Source of the DNA: Minisyncoccota bacterium | GTDB taxonomy: Bacteria; Patescibacteriota; Minisyncoccia; Phycocordibacterales; UBA6065 | Direction of reading: 5' to 3' | Length of the DNA stretch: 64,000 nucleotides | Assembly: GCA_035438745.1 (NCBI GenBank) | Contig: DAORIX010000001.1 | Coordinates: 3,075-67,074, forward strand | Part shown: in pieces, positions 49,122 to 59,618 of the stretch | Layout of the letters: each line of letters begins with the position of its first letter | Numbering within the stretch: the first letter of the stretch is position 1 | Position numbers and translations under genes: made by a program | The notes under the pieces: model-generated | What the model was told of the DNA's origin: nothing | Database searches by the model: none | Seen by the model: the letters and a program-made list of their open reading frames with translations, nothing else

Positions 49122-49207
49122 GTGATTTAACAGTTTAACTGAATATATAACCTAAATAATGGAAAAATTATAGTCTTTTTAGCCTCAAAAGACAATGATA
49201 GACAGTT

Positions 49208-50764
49208 TTATTTCTTCCTCCCCACAATATACAAATGGGTCGCCACAGCGTCTGAACCAGGTATATACATAAAGAGGTAATCGAGATATTTGAGAGGACC
49301 CAAAACCAACATAAAAACATGAGCAAGAAATGGAGCAATTTTTCGTGAACCAAAAGAAAAAATAACACCCAGCCAGTATGCCAGAAACATGAGGAGTGTT
49401 GACCACGGACCTGAACGAACTCCCGCCTCTACAATTTCAAGATCAGAAAACATATGTTTGAGTCCTGAAATAGTCCATCTATTAAAATCGTCAGGTGATG
49501 CATGGTACGGATGCATAAAAGGAGCACTCACATACACATAACCACCCGGCTTCACAATTCTCACCATCTCCCGAGCAACAAGGTGTGCATCAGGCACATG
49601 TTCGAACAAAGACTCAGACACTGCAGCGTCTACTGAATTATCCTTAAAAGGCAACCGTGTCGCATCAGATACAATATCGACTTCGGGGAAAGGAAAAATA
49701 TCGACGTTTATAAATTCATCCCCCAGTCGTTCTGGTCCGGAACCCACATCTACAACTGTTGCACCCCGTGGAACCTTTTTGAGAATTATACGTGGGCCGT
49801 TCACCAACATGAGTACCGGACAAAAAACATGCCAAATAGAATAGTAAATCTTTGGAAACTGTTTCAAAAAAGACTTCAGCCAATTAACTCCAGACTCATG
49901 CTGATCGCTATTGCGCTCATACACCACTCTTTCAATCAAAATAGGGCGACGCGAATCATCAATAATAAAAGTCTCATGAAGAGAACACGCGAGTCCATTA
50001 TCGCTCACCTTAAAGTCCCCCTTACAAAAAGGACAACAGACAAGATGAAGGTGATTGTCTACCTCGCGAGCACGAGGTTTTTTCAAATTAAGAAGCCTAT
50101 CTGCGATAAGTAATTGTATCGCCTTGAAACCATCTCTATAGCGAATCTTTTTACCCTCTTTTGCGTCCCGCGGTGTGTGCGAAATAGGAACCTCTACAAT
50201 ACTGTGCCCCTCGCGCAACAATGCTGCTGTAAAAAGTAATTCGGACTCAAATTGACCAGGGATAAATAGTTTTTTTGAAGACTGAGGAAAAAGCTTATAG
50301 CATGTCCATACGTCAGTCAGGCGTGCTCCGTATAAAAAGTTAATGAGTTGCGTTATGAACCAGACACCCAGACGCTGAGCATAAAAACCTTTTCTCTTTT
50401 CGTGATGTAAATTGCGTGAACCGTATACAACCTGAGATCCCGTACTTAGAGCCTCGACAAAAAGAGGAATTTCCTTGGGATGATACTCCAGGTCAGCGTC
50501 CTGAATTAAAATATAATCACCCGTTGCTTCCTCGAGGCCTCGAGTCACCGCTGTGCCCTTGCCACCATTTTTCTCTTGATGGATTGTAATAATACGAGAA
50601 GCGTACTTCTTCAGTATGTCTTTGGTTCCGTCTGTAGAAGCATCATCGACAACAATAACCTCTTTTGACCATCCAGGAATGGAGACGGCAAAAACACGAG
50701 AAAGAAGTTCTTCTATTGTTTTTTCTTCATTAAAACACGGTATAACTATTGAAATCTTTTTCAT
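49208..50764 (-). CDS. Fusion of polyprenol-phosphate GT2, short Zn-ribbon-like linker and class I SAM methyltransferase
   Basis: IPCFNE, VDDASTD, QDADLEY, TDVWTCYK; CCPFCK...CSLH; VDVGSG, LPFKDNSVD, FEHV, KPGG; ATG 50764. Confidence 0.85.
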   Translation of the reverse strand: MKKISIVIPCFNEEKTIEELLSRVFAVSIPGWSKEVIVVDDASTDGTKDILKKYASRIITIHQEKNGGKGTAVTRGLEEATGDYILIQDADLEYHPKEIPLFVEALSTGSQVVYGSRNLHHEKRKGFYAQRLGVWFITQLINFLYGARLTDVWTCYKLFPQSSKKLFIPGQFESELLFTAALLREGHSIVEVPISHTPRDAKEGKKIRYRDGFKAIQLLIADRLLNLKKPRAREVDNHLHLVCCPFCKGDFKVSDNGLACSLHETFIIDDSRRPILIERVVYERNSDQHESGVNWLKSFLKQFPKIYYSIWHVFCPVLMLVNGPRIILKKVPRGATVVDVGSGPERLGDEFINVDIFPFPEVDIVSDATRLPFKDNSVDAAVSESLFEHVPDAHLVAREMVRIVKPGGYVYVSAPFMHPYHASPDDFNRWTISGLKHMFSDLEIVEAGVRSGPWSTLLMFLAYWLGVIFSFGSRKIAPFLAHVFMLVLGPLKYLDYLFMYIPGSDAVATHLYIVGRKK

Positions 50765-50771
50765 AGAAACT

Positions 50772-51590
50772 CTAGTGATAAAAAGGTGTGGTTTGAGAAA
50801 TATAATCAATCTGAAGACCCCTCTTAACCGCTACGAAATTTGTAAGAGTAAAGCGCTCTTGATCGGGGAAATACTCGACCCTCTCAAGAGAACGGGATTT
50901 CAAACGATACATATCGTACCCATACTGCTCAAAAAATCTCAAGAAGTCACGTAGAAAAAATCGAGACTCCAAAGTTGCCCCAGAAAATTCATACTGTACC
51001 ATGTCGACCATACCTTGTTTGAACATATTTTCTGCGCCTTTCAAAACAAAAAACTCATAACCCTCAACATCCACCTTCAAGAAATCTACATGGCGAATGT
51101 TGTGATCCTTTACATACTCATCGAGAGTAGTCACCTGAACCATAAGTGCTTTTTCTTTTTTATCTTGTTCGTGAATATCAAACAAAGAATTAAAAACCGT
51201 CTTTGAATGACGAAATAGTTGCATCTGGGTCTTTTTCTCACCCACTGCACAATTATTTAAAATGGCTCTTTTTTTAAAGTCCTTCGTATTCGTTTGTAAT
51301 TGATCAAACGCTCTCACGTCTGGTTCAAAAGCATGAACAACCACATCAGGATTGCTCGAGAGAATTTTTCTAGAGTAATCCCCTATATTCGCACCGACAT
51401 CAAAAACCACCTTTAGTTTTCCCTGTAATTTCTCGAGAAGCCAGTATTCACCGTTTGTCTCGCGGTCAAAAGCATTATCCCCATAACAAAAATCAATGTA
51501 TTTACTACAAAACAAAAAAAGCAGTCGAGAGTATCGTGGGTTATTGCGATTAATAAAAATCTTTACGAGGTTTTTTTTAAAAAAATTCAT
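50772..51590 (-). CDS. FkbM-family methyltransferase
   Basis: VFDVGANIG, AFEP, TLD, LKVDVEGYE. Confidence 0.92.
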   Translation of the reverse strand: MNFFKKNLVKIFINRNNPRYSRLLFLFCSKYIDFCYGDNAFDRETNGEYWLLEKLQGKLKVVFDVGANIGDYSRKILSSNPDVVVHAFEPDVRAFDQLQTNTKDFKKRAILNNCAVGEKKTQMQLFRHSKTVFNSLFDIHEQDKKEKALMVQVTTLDEYVKDHNIRHVDFLKVDVEGYEFFVLKGAENMFKQGMVDMVQYEFSGATLESRFFLRDFLRFFEQYGYDMYRLKSRSLERVEYFPDQERFTLTNFVAVKRGLQIDYISQTTPFYH

Positions 51591-52966
51591 ATAAGTTTTT
51601 GTGGTTTTTGCAGTTTGAGTAGTATAGTACGAAATACTGAAATCAGTCCATAAAGAGCAAAACTTCCAATAAACACCTCCACAGGAACTCTAAACCGAGC
51701 GTTTACTCCAAAACCGTTGATGGCAGTAGTCACAGCAAAATACAAAACCATACAAAGCGCAGTGATGACATACGGTCTTACTTCTTCTTTCCTTAACAAA
51801 AGCCATGCGCCAACACAAAAGAATAGAGCACACACATACCAAAACAATCTCATGAGAATAATAAAGAAAGCGGGGCCGTATACATAATGAGAAATGGCAG
51901 AAAAAAGCTCACCGGGATGCGCAAGAAGAGTAATGACCGGCTTTGCCACCACATTCTCTAAACGAATATCCATATTGCCCAAGATCGTAAGAACCCCATC
52001 ATGTGTAAAAAAGGTAACGAGTGTAATGAGGGCCGATTGTATCAAAGCACTCTTGTGTTCGCGTATGATTTCAAAGGCCTTATCTGTGTACTCTTGAGCG
52101 TTCTCTAATGTAATCGTGTTCGGATCAAAACCATCTTTATACACGAAAGAATTCAGCTCCGTAGCAAAATCTGTGTTGTTATCAATAGCGAGCAGTGTGG
52201 GCACAATATATACATACGCATTGAAAGCAGGTTGCGCACTCATGCCCCACACGCCAAATTCCTGCTTATTACGATACAGCCATGGCATAACAACGAGCGA
52301 GGCAAAAAGTGCAAACAACAAAACATGAAGACAAACTATTTTTGATAGCCTTTTTCGTTCAATAAACAAAAGCCCTAGTGGAACGAGAAAGATAAAGTAC
52401 TGAACCGTAGGTTTAATTAAAATCGAAAGTCCCAAAAAAACAGAAGCCCAAATAATGGCACGAAGTGTTTTGTGCCGTATATAACGGAAGAGAAACAAAA
52501 CAAAACAAAGAAAGAAAAAAGTAAAAGATGTTTCCGTATAAAGTAAAAAAGAGAGCAAAATAGTATAAGGGCTCATGGCCATGAAATAGCCCACGTAACG
52601 CGAAATTTTCTCTGTTACGAAATAACGCGAAATGAGTACGCCTAGTATCGGTATACTACTCGCCATAAGCAATTCACATACAAAAACCAACGGGTATCCG
52701 CCAACTGAGGCAAGCCCTGCAATAATGTAAGGCCACAGAGGAGGCCTCAAGGGATTTGGTCTAAAAGGAGGTTCTGCATCAAAACTGAAGCCGTTACCTA
52801 AAAGAATATTTTGGCTCAGCTCATAGTACCCATCGTCGCCTTTAATAGTAGGTATAAGTTGGTGGTCATTTACAGTAAAATTTACAGAAAAAAGCACCAC
52901 CCTAAGCAGTAAGGCAAAAAGAAAAAGAATGATAAAAAAACGGTATTTTTGAAAAAAATTTTTCAT
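51587..52966 (-). CDS. GT-C fold (ArnT/PMT_2-like) membrane glycosyltransferase
   Basis: DD..Y in the first loop, RPPLWP, TETSF, PWLYRN, RFRVP; multi-TM. Confidence 0.82.
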   Translation of the reverse strand: MKNFFQKYRFFIILFLFALLLRVVLFSVNFTVNDHQLIPTIKGDDGYYELSQNILLGNGFSFDAEPPFRPNPLRPPLWPYIIAGLASVGGYPLVFVCELLMASSIPILGVLISRYFVTEKISRYVGYFMAMSPYTILLSFLLYTETSFTFFFLCFVLFLFRYIRHKTLRAIIWASVFLGLSILIKPTVQYFIFLVPLGLLFIERKRLSKIVCLHVLLFALFASLVVMPWLYRNKQEFGVWGMSAQPAFNAYVYIVPTLLAIDNNTDFATELNSFVYKDGFDPNTITLENAQEYTDKAFEIIREHKSALIQSALITLVTFFTHDGVLTILGNMDIRLENVVAKPVITLLAHPGELFSAISHYVYGPAFFIILMRLFWYVCALFFCVGAWLLLRKEEVRPYVITALCMVLYFAVTTAINGFGVNARFRVPVEVFIGSFALYGLISVFRTILLKLQKPQKLI

Positions 52967-54106
52967 TTATTTTAATTGCATAAAACGAACAATTCTTTCA
53001 GCGCGATTATCCCATGTGTGTTTTTGTGCCACTAGAAAAGCTTTTTCTACCAAGCGCGACCTATCTCCGTCTACACAAGACTTAATTGCACCCGCAAGTG
53101 AAACCGCGTTATCTGGCTCAAAAAACACAGCACTGTCCTCGCCAACAATCTCTCTAATTGAGGGTATGTCAGAGGCAACAATAGGCTTCTTTGATGCCAT
53201 GTACTCAAACAGCTTCATCGGCGATGTGTAGTATAGTGATATTTTTTCTTTCCCAGTATTAGGCAAAACGAGAACATCTGCAGCTTTTTGCCATAGAGGT
53301 ATCTGTGCATGAGGCTTGTGTCCCACAACCTGTATATTCTTCACATCTCCATACTTCTTTAAAAAAGAATTGACATCATGAAGTGTTCCTCCAACAAAAA
53401 TGACCTCACAGTTATCAGGTAACAATCGAGCCGCCTCCGCGAGAGTATCGACACCTTTCCATCCATACAGATGACCAGTGTAGACAATTATTTTTTTGTC
53501 CAGAGACAAACCAAGATCTTTTCGGGCTTGAGCGGTAGAAATAGATACGTCGAAATCTCTAACATCTACAGCGTTTGGTTCATACAGAAATAAATCTTTC
53601 CTCAAACGAGGAAAAAGCTCATGCACGCGCTTGAGTTTCCACTTATTATGAACAAGTACCCATCTCATCAAACCGAGGGCGTGACCGAAAAAGAAAAGCT
53701 TACTCTCGGGAAAATCATGCATTTCATAAAAACAATTGGGTATTATTTTTGAAACAAAAAAAAGAGGAACAATTTCGTTGGAATAAACGATATCTCCTTC
53801 CGTATAATTTTTCTTTAAAAAATAAAAAACACCCCATGAAAAAGAAAACATGCTCACCACAAAAGCTGCGTACTTGAAAAGAAACGTGTCGAAAATGTCT
53901 ATCACGGGGACATAAACGATTTTGAAAGATTGAGATATTCCATAAAACGTAAAAGCGTCTTCCGTGGGGATGTTTTTTCTTTTTGGAACCAAAACGGTTA
54001 CTTCAAAACCCTGTCTTGAAAAAGCCTCAGCGTTTTTTGCTGTAAACAGAGAAGCTGCTTTTTCACTAGGAAATCGGCCGTGGAATATAAGGAATAGCTT
54101 CTTCAT
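52967..54106 (-). CDS. Glycosyltransferase family 4
   Basis: WKGVD, SPMKLFEYMAS, VASDIP. Confidence 0.92.
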   Translation of the reverse strand: MKKLFLIFHGRFPSEKAASLFTAKNAEAFSRQGFEVTVLVPKRKNIPTEDAFTFYGISQSFKIVYVPVIDIFDTFLFKYAAFVVSMFSFSWGVFYFLKKNYTEGDIVYSNEIVPLFFVSKIIPNCFYEMHDFPESKLFFFGHALGLMRWVLVHNKWKLKRVHELFPRLRKDLFLYEPNAVDVRDFDVSISTAQARKDLGLSLDKKIIVYTGHLYGWKGVDTLAEAARLLPDNCEVIFVGGTLHDVNSFLKKYGDVKNIQVVGHKPHAQIPLWQKAADVLVLPNTGKEKISLYYTSPMKLFEYMASKKPIVASDIPSIREIVGEDSAVFFEPDNAVSLAGAIKSCVDGDRSRLVEKAFLVAQKHTWDNRAERIVRFMQLK

Positions 54107-54166
54107 GAAAAAAGTATTATGTCTTATTATACCAGATTTGATGATATACTAAAATACAAAAAATAT

Positions 54167-55207
54167 ATGCTGATTTCATACATAAATACAAAAAATATAT
54201 ACCCCCACGACAGACATCTTATCGACGGACTTAGAGAAAATGGCCACACCGTTCTCGATATAAACGAAAACACTCCAGGACTAAAAAAATACTCTCATCT
54301 TATTAAAATAGTTCTCGAGCATAAGAAAAAAAGCGATCTGCTCATTATAGGTTTCACCTCACCAATTTTTGCCATCATTGCAAGCTTTTTTTCTCGAAAA
54401 ATTGTATACAATGCGGTATCTTCACAATATGAGGCAAATGTCATATCACGTGATGTCAAAAAATATTCCCTAGCAGCACTCAAGTGGTGGGTTCTCGATA
54501 TTTTGTCATTCCATCTTCCTGCAAAAATATTACTCGAAAGCCCTTCTCAGATTGAATTTATACACCGATTTTTTTTCGTAAAAAAAGAAAAGCTCATTAA
54601 ATCATGGACAGGGGTCAATGAGAAAGAATTTTTCTTTGAGCCTCAGTACACAAAAGAAAAAACGTTCACAGTACTCTTCAGGGGTAGATTTCTCGCGGAA
54701 TCAGGAATTGACACAGTTATTAAAACAGCAAAAATTCTCGAGGAAAAAGGAATCAATTTTAGAATTATAGGTGCAGGTCATCTCTATAGAGAAGTTAATG
54801 CTCTTATGAAAAACCTTGCACCGAAAAATATAGAAATGATTAACGAAACACTCCCTATCGAAACACTTCGAGAAAAAATGCTTCAATGTCACATTAGCCT
54901 CGGACAAATGGCTGATCATCCTCGCCTCTTGAGAACTCTTCCATGTAAACTCTATGAAACACTTGCGCTCGGCTTACCCTATCTCACTGGACGAAACAGA
55001 GCTGTACTCGAACTCCTCACGGAAAACGTAACCTGTGCATGTGCTAACCCAGGAGATCCGTATGATTTAGCAGATAAAATACTTTATCTAAAAAACAACC
55101 CGGAAACACTAGAAAAAATAGCCTCTCAGGGATTCGCTTTGTATAAAAACACACTCACATCAAAAAAACTTGCTCAGTCAGTAACTGAACAACTCTCAAT
55201 CAAATAA
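54167..55207 (+). CDS. Glycosyltransferase family 4
   Basis: LFRGRF, PCKLYETLALGLP; ATG 54167 after TGA-TATACT. Confidence 0.82.
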   Translation: MLISYINTKNIYPHDRHLIDGLRENGHTVLDINENTPGLKKYSHLIKIVLEHKKKSDLLIIGFTSPIFAIIASFFSRKIVYNAVSSQYEANVISRDVKKYSLAALKWWVLDILSFHLPAKILLESPSQIEFIHRFFFVKKEKLIKSWTGVNEKEFFFEPQYTKEKTFTVLFRGRFLAESGIDTVIKTAKILEEKGINFRIIGAGHLYREVNALMKNLAPKNIEMINETLPIETLREKMLQCHISLGQMADHPRLLRTLPCKLYETLALGLPYLTGRNRAVLELLTENVTCACANPGDPYDLADKILYLKNNPETLEKIASQGFALYKNTLTSKKLAQSVTEQLSIK

Positions 55208-55208
55208 T

Positions 55209-56381
55209 ATGAAAATATGCGTACTCAGCACAATAGACTGTAGAGGGGGTGCTGCAAAAGTAGCATGGGAACTCCGGGAAAACCTCAAAAAAGAAGGTCA
55301 TCAGGTGGCCACGTTTGTACGTTATAAATATTCAGACGAAGCAGATGTTTTTGTGATACCACGAAAACGCTACCAAGATTGGCTTGTAAAAATTTTTGCA
55401 AATGACCTGATCTTTGCACGCTCAAAATATATCCTTAAAACAAAAGAATTCCTCGAGGCAGATATCATTCACTGTCACAACCTTCATAGCAACTTCTTTG
55501 ATCTTGCTCTACTCAAACACATGTCAAAACTCAAACCGGTAATATGGACAATGCATGATCTATGGGCAATTACAGGCTATGCAAGCGATAGTGTTACACG
55601 GAAAAATCCAAATAAAAAAAGGTTTCTACTGTATCTGTGGGATAATACTCAAAACTTACTAGAGAAAAAATCGAAGATATACAGAAACAGCAAACTTACC
55701 ATTATCGCTGTATCTGATTGGATGAAAAATGAGGTACAGAACAGTGTACTTGGTATGCAAAAAATTATCCGTATTTATAACGGAATAGACACATCTGTGT
55801 TTACAAAAAAAGATAAAATAAAAACGAGACAAAAACTAGGATTACCGTTAGACAAAAAAATAGTAGCCTTTGGAACGAAAGGTTGGCATACCGTAGAAAA
55901 AATCATCGAAACAACACCAAAAGACTCCAACCTGTACTTTCTGTCTATAGGAAACTCAAATGTAAAAACCTTGTATCCTCACTACAAATCAACTGAACAC
56001 TTAACTGACAAGAACCGCGTAGCGGAATATCTAGGCGCAGCAGATGTCCTTTTGTACCCAACACAAGGCGACTCTTTTGGTCTCACTGCTGCCGAAGCGA
56101 TAGCATGCGGTACACCCGTTGTCGCATACGCAATTGATGCGCTCCCAGAGATTATTAATCATACAAAAAACGGCTACCTTGCGATACCCGATTCACAAGA
56201 AGACTTAAAACGTGGTATGGAATACTTTATAAACCTACCCCAAAATCAGTACGCTTTTCTAAGTTCTGAAATGTCTACCGATATCGCAAATCGCTTTTCA
56301 AACAAAAAAATGTATGAGGAATATAAAAAACTCTACAACGAAATACTCTCAAAGAAAGAAAACCCTACTTCTTTAAAATAA
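55209..56381 (+). CDS. Glycosyltransferase family 4 (WcaC-like)
   Basis: GGAA, HCHNLH, WTMHDLW, NGID, DSFGLTAAEAIACGTPVV. Confidence 0.9.
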   Translation: MKICVLSTIDCRGGAAKVAWELRENLKKEGHQVATFVRYKYSDEADVFVIPRKRYQDWLVKIFANDLIFARSKYILKTKEFLEADIIHCHNLHSNFFDLALLKHMSKLKPVIWTMHDLWAITGYASDSVTRKNPNKKRFLLYLWDNTQNLLEKKSKIYRNSKLTIIAVSDWMKNEVQNSVLGMQKIIRIYNGIDTSVFTKKDKIKTRQKLGLPLDKKIVAFGTKGWHTVEKIIETTPKDSNLYFLSIGNSNVKTLYPHYKSTEHLTDKNRVAEYLGAADVLLYPTQGDSFGLTAAEAIACGTPVVAYAIDALPEIINHTKNGYLAIPDSQEDLKRGMEYFINLPQNQYAFLSSEMSTDIANRFSNKKMYEEYKKLYNEILSKKENPTSLK

Positions 56382-56994
56382 ACGAGTAACCAAGAGGATA
56401 CCGCTCACCAACACGAGGCCTTAACTTTAAAAAGAGAGCGTCCGTAGCATAATAGAAAGGAAACAAGAAAACACGCACCAATCGAGGAAACGAGAGAACA
56501 ATAGTATTAAAATTTACGGAAAAAGGACCCCTCCCTACAGTGACGATTTGTACCTGAGAAAAGCCCGCCGACTTAAAAATCCTTTCGAGAGCTTCCTTTG
56601 TATATCTAAAATAGTCATGCGGATCAGGATGGTACTGTATAAGAAAAGGTACAAATCCAACAAGCGTTCCACCCTTCTTCAAAATACGATGAACTTCTGC
56701 AACTAAAAAAGCATGGTTATAGACGTGTTCCAAAACATTTGCCAACACCACACTATCAGCATATCCGTCAGCGTAAGGTAGTTTATCTTTTTCAAAGTCC
56801 ACCTTGGAAAGTAGTCCGTCTACGATTTCAACGGACGTGACAGACTCTTGTTTAAGATAGTCAAAATAATCAGGCTTACGGGCACCGCCAACATCAACAA
56901 CTTTTCCTGAAACAGAAAATTGTTTGAAACTTTGATTCATGAGTATCCTCAAAAGTGATTGACCTTGGTATACCTTACGCAGTGTAAAAAACAT
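56365..56994 (-). CDS. Class I SAM-dependent methyltransferase (type 11)
   Basis: VVDVGG, NVLEHV, LKKGG, HPDPHDYFRYT. Confidence 0.88.
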   Translation of the reverse strand: MFFTLRKVYQGQSLLRILMNQSFKQFSVSGKVVDVGGARKPDYFDYLKQESVTSVEIVDGLLSKVDFEKDKLPYADGYADSVVLANVLEHVYNHAFLVAEVHRILKKGGTLVGFVPFLIQYHPDPHDYFRYTKEALERIFKSAGFSQVQIVTVGRGPFSVNFNTIVLSFPRLVRVFLFPFYYATDALFLKLRPRVGERYPLGYSFILKK

Positions 56995-57009
56995 GGTGGT
57001 GTTAAAAAA

Positions 57010-58041
57010 TTAATGAATGACCTGCACAAGTCTATCTCTAAGCTTGTCCAAACTATGCTGCTTGAGCACAACATTTCGCAAAATCGCTCCTTGAGCAACC
57101 CGAGAAGGTTTGTCCATGAGGATAATCCTCTCAAGTTTAGAAGCGAGCTCAGCAACATCACCTTCGGTGAAAATAAAACCATCGTCAATGAGTCCGCGTA
57201 AATTTTCATTAGAAGCAAGAACAAGACTCTCACACGCCATGGCTTCAAAAATAGTCTTATCGTACATCCCCGATGAAGATAAGTTTACGAACACCTCATG
57301 AGCGTTGTACACCCCGGGAGTTTGATCGTTTGGGATGCCGGGCAAAAAAGTGACCTTATCGGAAACACCCTCCTTGTGCGCCATGTATCTCAAGGAATCT
57401 GCATACTCTCGATCTTTTGGTAGAGGATCTCCAATAATAGTCGCATAAAAAGGCACTTTTTTTGTAGCAAGGATACCGAGCGCTCGTATTAAAACATCAG
57501 GTTTCTTAACCGGAGCAATACGAGCTAGAAATAAAATCGAGTGAGGTTTTCTGTCTTTTCTATACGGCGCAAAAATAGATGTATCTACACCAACAGGCAT
57601 AAGTATGGTTTTTTTAAATTTTGCCGTATATGAGTATTTTGATGTACAAAAAATATTCTTACAGAAAAGCGAAACAATATTAGTAAACTCACTACCAGAG
57701 TGATGATTTCTCCACATGTATATTGGCTTCCGTAAGAGTTTCCACAAAAAACCACCCAGAAGGACATACTCCTCGTTCATGTGAACAAATACAGCGTCAT
57801 ACTCTTTTCTTTTTGAAAAAATATACGTATAGAAATTTTTTAAATACTTCCACTTTGACTGTCCTCCTTCTTTACCCAAAGAAAGTACAGAAACATTGTG
57901 CGGTAAATCATACTCTCCTTTTTCGAGACATATAACCGTAATCGCTTTATACACTGAAGCAAAATCAAAAATCCAACGGTGAAAAAAACCCAGCACAGGA
58001 TCATTTTTATTAACCTTTTGAGTTATGATGAGTAATTTCAT
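57010..58041 (-). CDS. Glycosyltransferase family 4
   Basis: RIAPVKK, DKTIFEAMAC. Confidence 0.88.
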   Translation of the reverse strand: MKLLIITQKVNKNDPVLGFFHRWIFDFASVYKAITVICLEKGEYDLPHNVSVLSLGKEGGQSKWKYLKNFYTYIFSKRKEYDAVFVHMNEEYVLLGGFLWKLLRKPIYMWRNHHSGSEFTNIVSLFCKNIFCTSKYSYTAKFKKTILMPVGVDTSIFAPYRKDRKPHSILFLARIAPVKKPDVLIRALGILATKKVPFYATIIGDPLPKDREYADSLRYMAHKEGVSDKVTFLPGIPNDQTPGVYNAHEVFVNLSSSGMYDKTIFEAMACESLVLASNENLRGLIDDGFIFTEGDVAELASKLERIILMDKPSRVAQGAILRNVVLKQHSLDKLRDRLVQVIH

Positions 58042-58475
58042 ATCGGTTTTCTAGTGGAAACATTTTCTGGAAATATAATATAGCGATAAGCAAAAAAACT
58101 TACCCCCGCCATGATTCCGATAGTAAGCACTTGTGCAAAAACATACCACACGTGAAGTATCTCCACGAAAAAATACAAAAACCCCGTAGTAGCAACCATA
58201 CTCACAGCGTACAACACGCTATAGAAAAAAAGTTGTTTATGCACCGTTGCTGTATTTGTATCACGAAAAGTAAATTTTTTCTGAAGCAAAAAACGCACAA
58301 TAAATGATGTTGTGAGCGCAATGACTGCTGATGCTAGATAATAAACATGAAAATATTCTGTGAGCACAAAAAGCAAACCAATATCAAGAAACGATGAAAA
58401 ACCTCCCGAAAAAATATAACGAACAACAAGAGTGTCCGTAGCTAGAGCGATTATGTTTTTAAAAAAAGAAATCAT
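58038..58475 (-). CDS. GtrA-family polyprenol-P-sugar flippase
   Basis: Four TMs; RYIFSGG, LQKKFTF, terminal YIIF. Confidence 0.85.
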   Translation of the reverse strand: MISFFKNIIALATDTLVVRYIFSGGFSSFLDIGLLFVLTEYFHVYYLASAVIALTTSFIVRFLLQKKFTFRDTNTATVHKQLFFYSVLYAVSMVATTGFLYFFVEILHVWYVFAQVLTIGIMAGVSFFAYRYIIFPENVSTRKPI

Positions 58476-58487
58476 GTGCGTATGTGA

Positions 58488-59618
58488 TTATACCAAAAGA
58501 GACTCTTTGTATTTTTGCAAATACACTTCCCGACTGTTTATCAAGGCAAAAGAGTCCGTCATTCGATAATTTTGAGGCTCTTTAAGGGCAGCAAGTACAT
58601 GATGCGCAAGACACTCCGCATCGCGAGGTGGACACACCACCCCTCCTGAAAGTAACTCGGACGCAACCCCAACATCAGTAGAAACAATCGCTGTTCCTGC
58701 CACACCCGCTTCAACCAACGTCATGCCATACCCCTCATACAGAGAACTGAGCAAAAAGACATCTGCTGTTTTATACAGAGAATACAAATCATCACGGTTC
58801 ATCCACGGCACGTATACTACAGAAGAATGTATACCTTTTTTCTCACAAAAACGAGAAAGAAAATCTCGCTCCGGACCATCACCAACAATAACGAGACCTG
58901 CGCGTGGATAGTGCGCTAAAACCTTTATAAAGGCATGTAACGCTGTATGTATGTCTTTTTCATGAGTAAGTCGCGAGGCCATTAAAACAATGTGGTCAAA
59001 CTGCGGATACATCGCTTTTAAATTTGTGCCCACGGGGGCATCTTTTATTTTTTGAATATCTACGAATATAGGTAACACAGAAACGGTGCATGTTTTATTT
59101 AACAAACCACTCTTCTCAAGAGATATTTTTATTCTCCGCGAAACAACTCTAACTGACGCAGCACGCGCAAAAACGAAACGCGCAAGCGCTACACGAACAC
59201 GATTAAGAACGTTTTCTTTCCTAAAATATCCGCTCAAAAAATCTGTGTGAACCTGAACATTCAGAGGCAGGGTGTATTTTTGTGCGAGTATCTTTCCTAC
59301 GATGCCTGTTTCAAATGGATCTTGGGTTGTAATAATCGTTATACCGGAGTCACCCATTTTAGATGTAATGACCCGTGAAGCAATTCGCAAAGCATCAAAA
59401 CAATAAAAATATCTCGAGTATGAGCACGTTTGATATGCGCGCACTCGATCAGACAAAATCTCTACAGACGTGCGACCGTGAGAACAATGCACTTTTTTTG
59501 TAAATACAACAATATGTAGTTCATCAAAAAGTGAGCCGTACTCAATCATACGCCTGCGAACAGGACTACCCTGTTCAAAAATCTTTGCATCTGATGAAAT
59601 CATGAGAACCCGCATCAT
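58488..59618 (-). CDS. Glycosyltransferase family 4
   Basis: QDPFETG, VGDGPE, YEGYGMTLVEA. Confidence 0.9.
   Translation of the reverse strand: MMRVLMISSDAKIFEQGSPVRRRMIEYGSLFDELHIVVFTKKVHCSHGRTSVEILSDRVRAYQTCSYSRYFYCFDALRIASRVITSKMGDSGITIITTQDPFETGIVGKILAQKYTLPLNVQVHTDFLSGYFRKENVLNRVRVALARFVFARAASVRVVSRRIKISLEKSGLLNKTCTVSVLPIFVDIQKIKDAPVGTNLKAMYPQFDHIVLMASRLTHEKDIHTALHAFIKVLAHYPRAGLVIVGDGPERDFLSRFCEKKGIHSSVVYVPWMNRDDLYSLYKTADVFLLSSLYEGYGMTLVEAGVAGTAIVSTDVGVASELLSGGVVCPPRDAECLAHHVLAALKEPQNYRMTDSFALINSREVYLQKYKESLLV

Noticed and set aside
51570-51590. A/T homopolymer tracts in glycan genes as phase-variation switches
   Set aside because: Runs of 7-8 A/T are common throughout this sequence and all the ORFs are in frame
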